Source of the DNA: Balanoglossus misakiensis
Lineage: Eukaryota > Animalia > Hemichordata
NCBI GenBank assembly: GCA_040954595.2
Contig: CM082597.2
Span: 434,001 to 498,000, forward strand
Length of the DNA: 64,000 bases
Reading direction: 5' to 3'
In this document: piece after piece, positions 28,536-42,830 of the stretch
Position numbering within the stretch: position 1 is the first letter of the stretch
Layout of the letters: each line of letters begins with the position of its first letter
Program-made: the position numbers and the translations under genes
The notes under the pieces: model-generated
What the model was told of the DNA's origin: nothing
Database searches by the model: none
The model's input: only the letters and a program-made list of their open reading frames with translations

Positions 28536-31500
28536 TTTTCTGTATCCAATTACTAGAGCCCCCTATTCCCATAAGTGTGTTGATATCTGGAGGTAACCAA
28601 GAGTATCATACATCATTTCAATCAGTTCTCTGTCTATGTACGCACCAGCTCCAGGCTTCACTCCAAGTTATAATTACATGGAAGGGTATATTTTCAACCA
28701 ATTGAAGAGGTAATATTTGCAGAATAAAATTCGGTTCACCTATTCACTGATACAGAAAAACAGCCCTACATACAAGGTGCCTCAGAGGTAAATGATTTTG
28801 GAAAATAGCCCTCACCCTGGTTTACCATCTCTATCAAGGGAGATGACCCAGGTCACAAGGGTAACTTGACGACTGCATCAACTTAGCTAATCAAATTTTG
28901 TGTTACTTGTACGATTGTAACTGAGAACCTGCACTACTTCTTCAGTGTCTTAGCTGTCTGTCTGGCATGCTGTCTGCACTTTTAGTATTCTACAGCAAAC
29001 CCTTCATTGAGGATTGCAATCAACTTCTTCAATAGATGGATCTGATGAAATGCTGTCACATCCACTACCCACGCATCACATTAACGTCAACTGCATTTAA
29101 TCACCCAGTCAATTCCTAACAGTTCTGAGTGTTATCTCACATACAAATTCTCTCAAAATTTCTCACAATTAGTAATTCAGAATCCTTTAGAATTAAACAT
29201 TTTAACAGGCGCACAACCAAGCAATAGTCTGAACCCTTACGAGTAGCATGGATTAATATGAAGACTCAAAATTATTCAGTATAAAACGATATTCCTTCAT
29301 GTATGGGTATTTTCTGTGTACTATTTATCTCAGCTTGCATCTAATGTATGAATCTAGGTGCGTCCCACTCAGTTATTGCTAGTGTGAGAAAAAATCTTCC
29401 TTCACTTTGAAGAAAACTTTCAGACTGATGGGCTGTGCCAAATACTAAGCAAGACGGTGATCTCTAATAGAAGATGCACCGTCTAATTTCTGTCTTATCA
29501 GATAGGAAGTTACCGGGAGTTACCGGCGGTAAATGGCTCATAGAATGTCTCAAAGGAAAACCGCCGGTGATAAAACAACAGAAATAGCAGACACCAACCA
29601 TAAAATATTGATGATGTGCACAACAACTGAAGTGAGGCCAAAGTGAACTCCATTTAACTCATTTTGGATATGCTTCAGAGAAGCCCTTATTTCTCAGTTA
29701 CATTCAGTCGTGGTCGTACCATGTTTTGATTAACTTCGCTTCAAAGATGAGATGTGGTACATGTATTTGAAAACAAGTACCCCATGATTCACAAAATTAC
29801 CAACAATCAATTTTCCTGACTATTACATTAAACATCTGATCAATCCTAAATTACTATTACCATGGTTCCTTAGGCGAATACAACACACAAATACTGCACA
29901 CAAATATGGTACATCATTGACGTAGGATGACTTTGTATGACGCAAGAACATATTATGTTTTTGTACTTAAGCCAAACAAATTATTAAAATAGTGAAATAG
30001 TCATATTTTTCATTTCTCAAAATAGTAGAGACAAATATCAGACCAATGTTGCAAGACTATACATGTATAATGTAAGTCTGTCTATAAGTAGCGGGCATGA
30101 ACCATCTGATTTCATTACAATCACTGTCTTCAAGTACTTATTATTCATCACAGTCACATGTCCATGGCTGGCCAAGTCACAGTAGAAGCCGTCTTCTCAA
30201 GCTGACAGTAATCAATATTCAAGACCGACACAGTGGCTTCCCTGCCTGACATAAATTATCCATTTTTTGTCAAAGACAATAAATTTCCATTTCCTTGTCA
30301 AGTCATCAGGGTATTCACTTGCAAAATAAGGCCGGCAAGCTGGAAACAGTTTGAATTGTATGCTGGAAACGTCTGCAATTGCATTTCCTTCAAGGTGGCC
30401 CAGCTGAATGTCTAATGGTGTCTCAAGTCATGCCCTGTATATTCAGACTGTCAGCTCAAAATTGCCAGAGAACTCCCTACCACTACTTAAAACAGCCAAA
30501 ATTCTTCCTATACAATGAAGATAAATTCAGACACAATACATCTAGATTTCAGTACAATTTTGTTTACTTTGATATTTACTGAATGTAATTTTATATCATC
30601 TGCAGAATTTTACTGCTTATGTCCATCTTGTCAAATGTGGCTTTTCATTCTTTCAAGAATGTGCTACATTGTAACCTGCATATATGTCACATGATTGCTA
30701 TTGACCAACCAAGTGAATGTTCACAATTATTAATAAACCAAATAATGAGATTATTGAAGCAGCTGTAGTTTGTCAGGTGTTGAATTATAAGGCAACCATC
30801 CAATGAATGAAATGACAATTAGTTTCATTGATGGAAAGAAGGAGTACAGTGGCTTCTTACAGTGACATTAATTGATAGCAATGCTAGACCTGTTGACAAC
30901 TATTATCTGTCCTCAATTGAAGACACACACGGACGCAGAATGAATGTCAGAGGAAATAGATACAAAAAGAGTTAAGACAAATGAAATAGATACAATAAGA
31001 CAACAGAATAATGGAGATAAAACGCTGCTACACAAAATCTCAGATGAGGCAAGGAACTTGTTGACACAATGCAATGGAATGTACTGTCCATATGGTGTAC
31101 CCGATCGAAAAGAAGCCTGTTGTGCCCAATTAAGTGAATAATATTGTTACCGTTCCACGTACATGCCATCACAGAGCAGACTTACTGGCCCCAACTCGTC
31201 CTCTCTTCATGAATTTTCAATGAATTGATGCTAAGGGCAAGCGATCTTTTTGTTTGAAGTCCATCTTACGCACAGCCACTTTCACCATCAATTGTAACAC
31301 ACTAAGACATGTGTATTGCATTCTCTGCCAGAATTTTCCATGAAAAGAACGAACACAATGGAGATCACACCTTAAGCTAATCGTTTCAATACAGCTTTAT
31401 TTCACTGATATTAATACGACTTTTAACCAATTCAGAACCCTGCATTTCTGCATAATGTGTCCTCAATTTTCAAATAATATTTGTTTGAGTATTGTATTTG

Positions 31501-33977
31501 TTAAATGTATTTATTTTGTAATTCCACTCTATGTAATTGTTTCAGAGGTCAATGATTCAATATTTGATCACAGTGAAAAAATGGGATTAAATATCCTTCT
31601 AATTCCAGGGCACAGCATTGATTTAAACCTTTATTAAAACTGACATTCAAACGCAATGGAAACTTTTCAACGATGTATTCCCAAGGGTTGTGAAATGTTT
31701 GGATATAAAAATCTCAGAAACTGCTCTTTTTATCTATTGTTATGCTATATCTAAAGCTCACATTTCCTATTTATCATATTTTCTCTAACAATGGCTGCAA
31801 AGAAACGCGATGGCGTAGCAAGAGTCCAATGACTTGTGCATGCCATTTCTCATTTTCACCGTTTTCTATTCTACTTCTTGCTAATGGACACCTAGATAGC
31901 CAGCCAGAGAAAGAATCCTTTGATTTCTCTTGAAGCAATTCACAATCATCTTGCCATCATCTTCGTCGATTCAACATTACTTTGCATCAAGAAAGTCAAC
32001 ATCTTTTCACAATTTTCACCCCAAATCACTTCCCTCAGGAAGGCTGGTAACATAGCAACAGGCCTTTAGTACGACAGAAAGGGTCTGCATAATCATTGTA
32101 GGCAAAGACGTTTTACTTCTAAAGGTGTCTTATATGGAAACAGTCCACATTCATAATCCATCATGTATTTTTTCAAATTCCAAAGATGTTATGATAAGTG
32201 ACACTAACAACATCCCATGATAAGCATGGTAACCATGGCAACATCATTTTTGTCTTTGAAACTCAACAAACACTTGGGATGAACAGTAACTCTTACTTGG
32301 AAATACACTGCGAAGGACACAATGACATATTTCAAGACACAAATGCATTATCTGTTAGCGTGACATGTGAATACCATTAAAACCTGAAGACATTTCATAT
32401 TTACGACTTAAAATCACATTTACGGACACTGTAAATACAGCACGCCTGAAAATATTTCTGTGACCACACCCAATCAATATTTAAGTAGCAGGTATTCTAG
32501 ATTTGCATCCACTTGATTCATTGATTAGTAATTAATATTCAATTATTTGATTACAGCATGACAGTGTCAAAGTTAATGTTCTTGTCAGTAAAAATACTAT
32601 TTATTTTTGACTGAGAGCGATTCTATTGGTTTGTCCTATTACTGTCAAAATTTGTACAGTATCAATCATTTTTCCCTAAACACACAAGGTCAATTCACAT
32701 ATACTAAGATATTAATTTCATCACAGTAAGATAATAGGGTTCATTATTCATTACAGTGACTTGATGTAAATATATGCAGATTAATGCAATTACAAATTCA
32801 CTCCAGAAACTTGATAACATGTATGAAATCATCTGAAATGTAACACATACCAACAAACTGAGATCAGTTTGTGAAAATTAAATTTACTAAGCCAGTTTAT
32901 ATCATTTTGATATTTTAGCAAATTATTCTGTTGTTTTATTGCATCAAATGTTGAATATTCAAATAGTTAGTTAAGAAAGGCAATTTGAATGTACAATTGA
33001 TTGAAAACAGCGTCAATATGACATGTTTTTGTTATATAAGTAATCTTGAGTGCCGATTTACGAAGGAATAAGAAAGTTAAAAGGGGATTGCAATTACAAG
33101 ACGATGATGGCAGGGTAGGGAAATAAGAAGCTTAATAGTGTGTGACTATCGAAATGACATCATTTAGGTATTTGTTTTCAGGTAAACTAACACTGACGTG
33201 TGAAGACATAGAGGCAATGAAACAGCCACATCCCTGGCTTAGCACGACAGGGCACACCTTGGCTTGCTTAATTGCTTAAATAACACTTATTACTCTGCCC
33301 TCTGTGGAGTTCTTGGAAAATTGGTTTAAAACCTGTCTTTGTTTTTGCATGAATGTCAGTGGGAATTCGATAATTTAATAGACAAATCCAAACAAGCAGT
33401 TGTGTTTTATATCTTGACATCCAAAGAAATGGGAAAAATCATTATAATAATAGACTTATAAAATATTTCAATGTTGTTATTGGTGATGTTGAACTGAAGT
33501 ACAGATGACATGACGAAAATGATAAACAGCATATAACGACACATTTTACGATTCTCGGCAGAGATACTTGAATGCTATGAATACTAATGAAGTCCTAATT
33601 GGTTAAATTTAGATACAAAATGGCAAAAAATAGGATCAAAAAGTGAGGAATATGTAACAAAATAGTCAGAATGCTACTGTGCGTTGCATAAAGAAGGAAT
33701 TAATATTCTGGGATGATAAAAATGCAGAGTAGCACGAAGATGGAGATGCCCTGTTCTTGAAGGGTCTCCGTAAATATACAGTATCTTACTTTAAGAGAGA
33801 TAAGATCATGAGTGAATTAAATAGCGCTTATTTTAAAGATGGATCATATTTTCAATGGAATTATATTAGAATGCCACTGTACAATATTATTGGTTGAAGA
33901 TTCATCCATAGATTTTTAAGAAATAGACAAGTCATCTCGCAGCCTGCATCACATAATGGAGATGATGCTCCTCTTAC

Positions 33978-34260
33978 CTTGAGATGCTGACCAAGACGTT
34001 TCGACAATCCTACGATTTTCACAACATCTGAAGTTTCAAACCATATACCTCTCCTCTCTACCAAATACAGCTTCTGGAAACGTCAATCAAACATGAGATG
34101 ACAATTACTATGCAGTCTACGCCGATCGCTGATAAGAATACACTTTGATGATTCGTTTTTTTAGTCAATCACCGATAAGCTCCCTTAGCCTACTGGAAAT
34201 TGAATATCTCTAGGGTACGCTGTAGCGCTATGCGCGGCCACAACCCAATTGTTGCAACTG
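33978..34260 (-). promoter_or_regulatory. Possible internal promoter and non-coding first exon
   Basis: Donor AAG|GTAAGA (exon end 33978) lies downstream of a small CpG cluster (gtacgctgtagcgctatgcgcggcc) and GATAAG motifs. Confidence 0.25.
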
Positions 34261-34295
34261 AGACCCCCAAGTTGCTTTCTTATAGCACAAATGGA

Positions 34296-34557
34296 TACAT
34301 ATTAGTTTGAATTTAACAAAAATGTTGCTATAATTTTGATACAATTATAGTTTGATAATGTTTTATCATTTAGTTACATATTAGTTTGAATTTAACAAAA
34401 ATGTTGCAATCATTCAGATACATATTAATTTGAATTTAACAATATTGTTATATCATTTAGATACAGATAAGTTTGAATTTAACACAAATGTTGCAATCAT
34501 TTAGATACAATTTAACACAAATGTTGCAATCATTTAGATACAGTTTTGAAATTAACC
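34296..34557. repeat. AT-rich minisatellite with a degenerate ~40-43-bp unit
   Basis: Repeated atacatattagtttgaatttaacaaaaatgttgcaatcatttag. Confidence 0.9.
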
Positions 34558-37500
34558 AATCAGTTTAGTATTCACAACATTTCACTCACTCAGTTAATCA
34601 TTTCTACCATCAATTAAGAAATTAGAAAATTAACACATGCTCAATAATCATGACATTATTCATGAAGTTTCAGTTAATTTCCTGATAACTTCCTGATTTA
34701 ATTAAATCAAAAACCAAAAGTTCTTCCGCATTTATTTTTGGAAAAGTGAAGTTGATTACTCTTAAACAGAATGAGTCACATGACTAGGTTTGATAAATGA
34801 AGCCTTGTGATTGGCTTAAAGATGACTATACCCAATGGCAGGTAACGCTATGGGACTAAGTACCCATGAAATCCAATGGGACAAATGCTCGATTTAAGCA
34901 TGAACAAATTTGCACATCAATTTTGTACTTTATTGTCAAGAAAAAACAAATATCATGCAAATCATGCATTGGCGGAGATAATCCCGAGTCTGAGTCAAAG
35001 GTTATTTGAGATATATGCGTTGACTGGAACTTTTGAAGATAGGACGCGAGTGCAGACATGAAATTTTAATGACTTGTGTAAGCTATTGGTGCTATGAGAG
35101 ACAATTGTATTACATCAAAGTGGTGGGTGTGACTGCTTGTGGTTTGATTGTAGTTCTGATATGAATGGTCACAGACCCTCAGCGACGCTTGGCTGATTTC
35201 AAGTTGAAGATTGTGCAAAATTAGTGATCTGCTCTACAATGTTTGGCATGGTGAAAATAAACCAGGTGTGTGGTTAGAAAATGAATATTGAATATCTTTG
35301 GAAGGAGGCCATGGTTGTTTTGATGGATGGACGTTTATTGCCACAAGATTAGTTGTAACTTTTTTTCTATGTGAAACTAAAATTCTTCTAAAATTCTACA
35401 ATTATAATGATGACCACTTGGCTACCAAGTGCGTCTTTTCAACCTATGACAACCACAAACTGAGATTCATTGTCACTCAGAACAAAGTTCATTCTTAAAT
35501 TCAGTCTGACTCAAACAACTTGTAAAAATTCTTATCCGTACTCCAAACACTGTCTGGGGCTCTTCGATAGAGACTATGTCATACAAGATTCCCTCAAGTA
35601 CTCTATGCTACTTTCATTTACAAAAAAAACTCTCTACTCATGTATGGTTCAACTGTCTGGATCTGTCACTGCTTCAAATGTCTCGAAGTTGAATAGTGGT
35701 AGATGCCCCTCATCTCTAGGGAAACTAAAGCATGCTACACACATCTTAACTTCAACAAGGAGCTCTATGATTCATTCCTACACAAACCAGCAACCATACA
35801 CACAATGAATAATAATAATGTCTCGTTCCATTTTATGAACAATACTCATTATTTTAATCTAAAAAATCATATGATTTTTCCACATTTCAAACATTTTGAT
35901 ATTTGAAATGATTATTTTATAATTATTCTCATTATAAGCTAATTCATTTGAACTTTTTTTTGTATTGCAATGCACTCTGACAATTTGACATTTGACCTTG
36001 ATTTACAAAGTGAAAAAGTATAGCAATCCCAGGCCAGCCGTAATCATTAACTTGCCGTGAACATACTACCATATTATGATCAAAACGTGGGCAAATTATA
36101 AATTTATCAACTACTGGTATTTGTCATACTATGTGATATCTCCTTAGTCTTTTTTAAAGTATTTTATTAATTCTAAATTTAATCTGTTATAAATATTTAG
36201 TTGTTTTCCAAATTTGACATAACATTTTGTTGACACATGTACAGATGTGGTAAGATTCTGTGATAAAACACTTGCATTTTGAGGTAAAAGCTTAAGCTGC
36301 CAACACACACATGAAGTCATAAAACAAAATAAGAAAAGCCTGAGAGATCAGTACACAGTCCAAAGAGGCAAAGATTAGGATCATAAATTTCAACTTTGTT
36401 GATAAATATTGAATGCATATACACAGTATTGGTATGAATGCTTTTAAATTTTTAATAACCCACTTCTGCTCTGTTCCCAAAGTGAGTTTAAATCTTCCAC
36501 AAGTCTCATTAATTCTCATCTAAATCTTCTACAAGTCTCATTAAAGGTATACGGTCACCTCTGCAAATTTACCTACAGTTACCATGGCAAATTGAGATCT
36601 AGCCAATCACAGTGGTTGTTCTATCTTCCATTTCTGTACACAGACAGCCGTACGCTTCACAGAAATTGCCCAAGACAATTGCAAGCCGGGAAACGAGTTT
36701 AGTTGGAACTAGCAATCCAGCCATCAACTCCCACATTGATATTCCACACCAGACTCCAGCGAAACATTCCGAAACTCTTCCCATTATTATTCGGAAACCA
36801 CTCTCATTCATATTCAAGACTTATCATAAATCACAGAAGGATTAAAGAGGAGACAAAGATGGTGACCTTTGACATTCGGCATCACCGTGCCAACCAGCGC
36901 ATATCACTGTGCCAACCCGTGCATATACTGTGTTATAATCATTACCTGAATAATGGTCAATTAATAGCCTGTAGTGTTAGTAATTCATGGTTCTTATCCA
37001 AACCGTCTATTTGTTAATGTATGGTTGGAAAGCTATCAGATTCTCCTGTAAAGATTCAAATCTCACATCTTTGATAAATGTGCGATATTATACAAAATAT
37101 ACACCAAGGCTGTTAAATGATAACTTGTATACAGCCTTTAGTTTCCCCTTTGGCTGATAATCATGCAAAACTCCAAACTCTTCTAATTTCTAGTACTCTG
37201 ATAGACTGTTTACAACGTACAGCACATTTACTTTTACTTGCTGTGACTGAAATGACCATAGGAGAATTAAACTTTAATATCAATGTTAATTTGAAGATAA
37301 CAGTTACAACACAAAGCAGATGACAGGTGCTATTTACTACCGTTCGTTTTTCACTAGACGTTCAACTTGACGTCCAAACGAGCCATTTTGTATAAAGATG
37401 GCGAAGGTGATCGACAGTGAAAGACGAACTGGACTGAAGCATAATCTACTCAGATGCAGAAACACCATGCCCTGTTTATGACTCACATGTCTGTCTTGCC

Positions 37501-37947
37501 TTACAGAGAAACACTGACTTAAAACAAATTGACAATATATCACTCCTGCGGCCTAATCCATGTAAGCTCACTGATTATACTAGTATGACAACTATAAAAC
37601 TCTTACGCAGATACAGTAACTCTAAGACTCTTAAACTGATACAAGTTCGACTAAATTCTTTCCTTGATCTGGAAATCGGAAACCTCTTTAAAACGATTTG
37701 AAAATGTCAAACGCTGTGACGGGCTTATACAGAATCTGTGTCCGTGTCACATCTTACGCGAGTGTTATATATTACTGCCTGAAAATGTTAGTGTGTACAT
37801 GAGCCAAACTGAAAAAGCATATAACTTTGTCGACTGATTTAATAGCAAGGGGTTCCTTCTTCAGTTGTACAAGGGGCAGAGTTGTTCAACTTTGGCATTT
37901 ATTTTTTTATGACAGTGTTTTGCTCCTATGTAATCTTAGTCAATGAT

Positions 37948-38121
37948 GGAGGAGGAGGAGGAGGAGGAGGCGGAGGCGGAGGTGGAGGAGGAGGAGGAGG
38001 AGTTGGAGGAGGAGTTGGAGGAGTTGGAGGAATTGGAGGAGGAGGAGAAGGAGTTGGAGGACGTGGAGGAGGAGGAGGAGGAGGAGGAGGAGGAGGAGGA
38101 GGAGGAGGAGGAGGAGGAGGA
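37948..38121. repeat. (GGA)n trinucleotide microsatellite with interruptions
   Basis: Directly visible; it accounts for the poly-G/E/P/L ORFs in the track. Confidence 0.97.
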
Positions 38122-38135
38122 TGGTTAAACCATAC

Positions 38136-38338
38136 CTGATTGCCAGTTTCGTTATCTTGTGGATGAAGGCACTTGGAAAAGATCTTCTCACAAAAAAAAA
38201 CTCTCACATTGAAGTCCTAGACTTGGTCTTCTATCCAAAGTGAACACACAGTTAAAGGGATATGCCTTGTATTAAGTCGATCCTGTCTGAGATATACTTC
38301 TAACAGTATTGCTCTTCAAGTGTGAACTGTTACCAATC
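38136..38338 (-). other. Putative 203-nt internal non-coding (5'UTR) exon
   Basis: Acceptor gttttatttttgttttctgtag|G (AG at 38340-38339) and donor CAG|GTATGG (GT at 38135-38134). Its only ATG is followed immediately by TGA. Confidence 0.55.
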
Positions 38339-41300
38339 CTACAGAAAACAAAAATAAAACTTGTGTAAAACTTTAATTTGACGAATTCTTCCATGGACTG
38401 ATATGAGTAGTCCACTGCAGTAAGCACAACTTTTGGTACCTGAGTAGAATCAGTTTTTTTGCTGTGATGACAACCCCCTCTCCAAATTGAAACTTTCTGT
38501 TTTTTGTTATTGTTATTTGTGTATCTTTTTGTTATTATTTATGTATCTTTGTCAAGTTGTATATATGTATTATATATGTATATATTTATTCATGTGTGTG
38601 ACCATTTGAATGTGTGTTTGTATGCAATATCAGAATAAGAATGAACAAGTAGCTATTTTTAAGATCGATATCATATGAATACATTTATATCAGCCAATAT
38701 GATCTCACACTTCAGATCAAGCTAACACATTCCAGGCAGTCGTAATCTCAACTCAGATCACCTTTCATCATGTTGATGGATGGGTCAGGTCAAACATTTC
38801 ACAAGCAGACTCCAGTTGTAGCATCATACTTGTCAATATTAGAAATGTCAGAGGTACATGATGTTAGCATTATCTGCAAGTGGCTTTATTTTGTCACCAA
38901 TCGATATCATCCCTCACAGACAGAACCTACGCATTCAACATCACGTATCAGTTACCCAGTATCAAAAACATCTAAGAAAGTGTAAATTTAAGCATCCTTC
39001 CTTTCCGAGACATCTTATCTTCAAGTAATGAGTAAATACTGCCCCTTCTCTTCATACATTCTTTTATCATAAAAAAATTAAGAATTAAGATTTTCTTTAC
39101 GACAAAGTAAATTATCAATATTTGATAATTTGACCACAAAGCACAAGATGTAGAATTTTCTACTATTTTCAAAATATTGGTTCACATCTCAAGAACTTAA
39201 AATTTTCATGGTCACTAAGATGCATTTTCTAAAAGTGACAGCATGAGACAAAAGTGTAAGCTTGTTTGAAAGTGTAAACATTTGGTAAATTCACTGTATT
39301 TTTGGCTTTCCCCTCGCCCTTGCCCATAAACAAACGTTAATGGTCAGGGCGTCGTCCATTATGTCTATATTATTCACAGCTTCAGTACGGGGACAGTCCT
39401 AGAAATTGTAAATTACTATGTCGGATATACGAGGCTTTTTCTTTCCTTCTTAGAGTTAAAGATGTATTGATCTTGCCGTGGGTAGTTACATAGCGCCCCC
39501 TATCATACCAATTGAAGGAACTTCATTTTTGCAACAAATTTTTTAATGACAATACACAATAACATGATGACATTTCATTGTCTGTGCTCAACACACTCCA
39601 AGATATTCTTACCACTCGAAAATAAAAGTTTATAATTCAGACAGAGTTTGCTGGAAACAAAGTTCTTCATTTTATCATGTGTCCCGAACAAAATTTGATG
39701 TGGCCAGCGTCTAGTCTGAAGGGGTTTGCAGACACCCACACACACACAGACTGGGTAAACTTTCAACAAGTGCCATACACAGGAGAGATTTGGAGTGTAC
39801 ACACTCCAACTAGTGATTAATTCTGTTTTATTAACAACCAAGGAATGCTGTACTGAAGCCACTTAAGAATTGACACAGCACAGCAAGCCAGGTATAAAAA
39901 ACAGAGAATGAAATATTGGACTTATGACTTGGACTAAATTATATGTTGTGACAATATATAGCACCAGAGTTATGGAGAGACCAAAGGAACACTTAGTATT
40001 CACACATGCAAAAGATGTGTCAAATCTATCAGATTTTCACCACAGCCAGATCACTTATAGACTACAGTACTTCTTTTATTGACCGCAGTTGAAGCACGGA
40101 GATTTTGCAAGAGACAACATGCAACAAGGTTCTTGAGAAAGTGAGAGAATACAAGTAGGGTGGTCCACCCAAAACGGTTGAAATCAGCATCAGTATCCCT
40201 GGTAACCAAAAGCAATATTTCACCACTAATGCTCCTGTTGTCCACAACTTAGAAGTTGGGTTCATATCAGGCTACACCAGGCCTACACATGACTTGTCCA
40301 CATTGTAAGTATACGTGAAAGTTTTTAGCTCTGATAGCGCATATAATTCAGTGAGTATAACAATATAATATTAACAAAATTAAAATAACCACAATTATGT
40401 GAAAAGTAAATCACTCTTTCCCTTTATAGACTATGTTCAGCCAAAAAGTATGGTTGGTAATAGGAAAATGACACAGTGATCCATCACTAGAGATTGGTTG
40501 AATGATTGTTCTGAGAGGCAACTATGCCTTTTCAACAGGAAAATCTTATTGATATCCTTCCATGGTAATCCATTTTCCAATTAAATACACTTAAAACGAT
40601 CGGAGGAACAATTAATAGAGATTGATTGGGTGACCGAGAACAATGCAATATCAAATGTATTTTGGTGTAAAAATCAATTTTTATAAAAATATGTATCGAC
40701 AGGGCCTTTGAAATCAACTACCACCTAGACGGGATTTATAAGTGACTCATTCATCAAAGTTAACAACTGGTGGTAATAAACTTTGCTCTCTGATCATGAT
40801 TTCCTGAAACACTTCATCACAAACCATTCCTCATTTAATATCTATAAGCTTGATCAGTTATTTTAAATCTAGTCATGAAATTTCACTTATTCAGAAGTGT
40901 CATGACCAACAATGAAAATTCCTACATAGGACATAAACAAATCGAGAAATGCATTCTCAAAGAATATAAAATCACGTTCCCTACATCGATATGAAGTAAA
41001 TGGAGACAAACGAGCTTTTTATATTAATTTAGAAGCCAATTAAATGTGATAACTTCATCTTAGGAATTCTGAAAACCAAACAGTATTCACAGGATTTACA
41101 ATGTTCTTAATGCTTATTAGCTTTTCTGAACTCCTACAAATGATTTGTGCATTGAGACAGAAATGGAACAGAAAAGATCACATGAAATGAGAAAAAGTGA
41201 AAGGAAATGTCTCATTTCAACTGTAAATCCCCAAATGAAAATGAATGGTCTTTAAAGACCAACACAGGAACTCATTTATAATGTTTAATAAACAACTCTA

Positions 41301-41476
41301 TCGCAAGACTTCCAACAGACTGGAGAGAAATATCCATTCATTAATTTTAATAAATTGTTCCACTGAAATGGAAAAGAAGATTGATCTTATAAATTTACTT
41401 CTGTTGCTATCTGGATACAATGTCCAATGCGAAAAAGCATATTCACATGAACTAAACCAATGATGCCTTCGTTTAA

Positions 41477-41561
41477 CCCTTTCATCCCCATCTTCCTCTG
41501 TAGAGGTCTAACTTTACCATAGGTAAGAATAGGTTTGGACTGAACCATGGTGGTGAAAGGG
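41477..41561 (-). mobile_element. 85-bp piggyBac-type MITE, copy 2 (inverted)
   Basis: TTAA at 41473-41476 and 41562-41565, CCC...GGG termini, reverse complement of the other copies. Confidence 0.9.
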
Positions 41562-42659
41562 TTAATTGAAGAGGTGCTATAAATTGTCCTAGTGATGTCA
41601 ACAGGTTTGATGTTCAATTAATGGTTTGACTTTTAAGAGATGTTTAAGGGACATATACGAAGGTGATTTAGCCGACGGCAAATGAAAAAATCCGGCGTAA
41701 TGCACCATTAGAATATCAAACACCATTTCCAACACATCAACACCTGAATACTTATTTGTCAAGATAGTTTTATCCTTTTTCTGATACTTCCATCAAAACA
41801 ACTTGTATTAAAATAATGACCTGAGATAACCGTGTCAATTTAAGATTAGCAAACCAAACATGACATGAACTTCACTGATATACTACAACAGCAACCAAAG
41901 TCAAGGTTATCTTTGTGTGAAAAGCTGAAATGCTGAAATTGGAAAAAGATTTCATGACACAAACATTTCTTTGAAAAACTCATCCACAGCTACAGAACAT
42001 TAACTGTACACTAGAGAGGCAAAGCCTTACCTGTCAGCTACGTGGGCCTATGTATAAAACCCAGTAAAAGAACGGTATTATGTTCCAAAGGTGTTAAAAC
42101 CAAGACCTCCATCAATAATCAGAAAAAAACAGGAAACTCTAAACATCCAGGGTATACTTACTACAGCAAAAACGGAACGGCACGACACTCTAATGTGTAA
42201 ATACGTCCGATCCAAATGCAAAAACCATGTTGTAGGCAAGTAAAACCCTGGCAAATTTACCAGCAAATGGACTTAAAATCGACTAACAGGATCAAGACAT
42301 GTAACCTCAGCCATTGACCACACAAGAGTCTGACAGTACAAGGCTATTCGGTCTATCAAGATTACTGCTTTGTTGACACAAAGGTTCAATTACCAAAATA
42401 CTCACAACCACATTATAATGTTGACATTGGCCAAAACTGACCCAAAACTTCAAAATACACTTTTATTTTTCCAGAAACATTATCGTTATGATAAAATAAT
42501 TGCATTGCTGTCTACTGGTAGTTGTGAACATAAACTTTTAGGTGTTTTGTATTTTGTTTGTTGTGTAGCTTAGTTGACAAAGATAAGGTATACATTACAT
42601 AGGGTTTATTACCTGAGTGATAGACTATTGGCACTTTCTGCCTCTAACAATATATGCGT

Positions 42660-42830
42660 CTCTGTGTGTGTCTCTGTGTGTGTCTATCAGTCTCCAGTAT
42701 ATTTTAAATTATATTGTACACTGTACGGTATATATGTGTGCACATTGTATACATGCATGTATGTTGTACCAGTATGTACATGTATGTATGTGTGTGTGTC
42801 TGTCTGTCTGGTGTCTACTTGTATGTCTAT
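42660..42830. repeat. Degenerate (TG)n/(TATG)n low-complexity tract
   Basis: tctgtgtgtg...tgtatgtatgtgtgtgtgtctgtctg. Confidence 0.8.

Noticed and set aside
34296-34557. Regularly spaced repeats considered as a CRISPR-like array
   Set aside because: The units are degenerate head-to-tail copies without unique spacers; the context is eukaryotic and there are no cas genes.
37337-37543. Minus-strand ORF ending ...VKNER, considered as another phase-2 first exon
   Set aside because: The donor would be CG|GTAGTA, a poor match, and there is no homology.
37882-38207. Poly-G, poly-E, poly-P and poly-L ORFs
   Set aside because: They are translations of the (GGA)n microsatellite in several frames, with no unique coding context.
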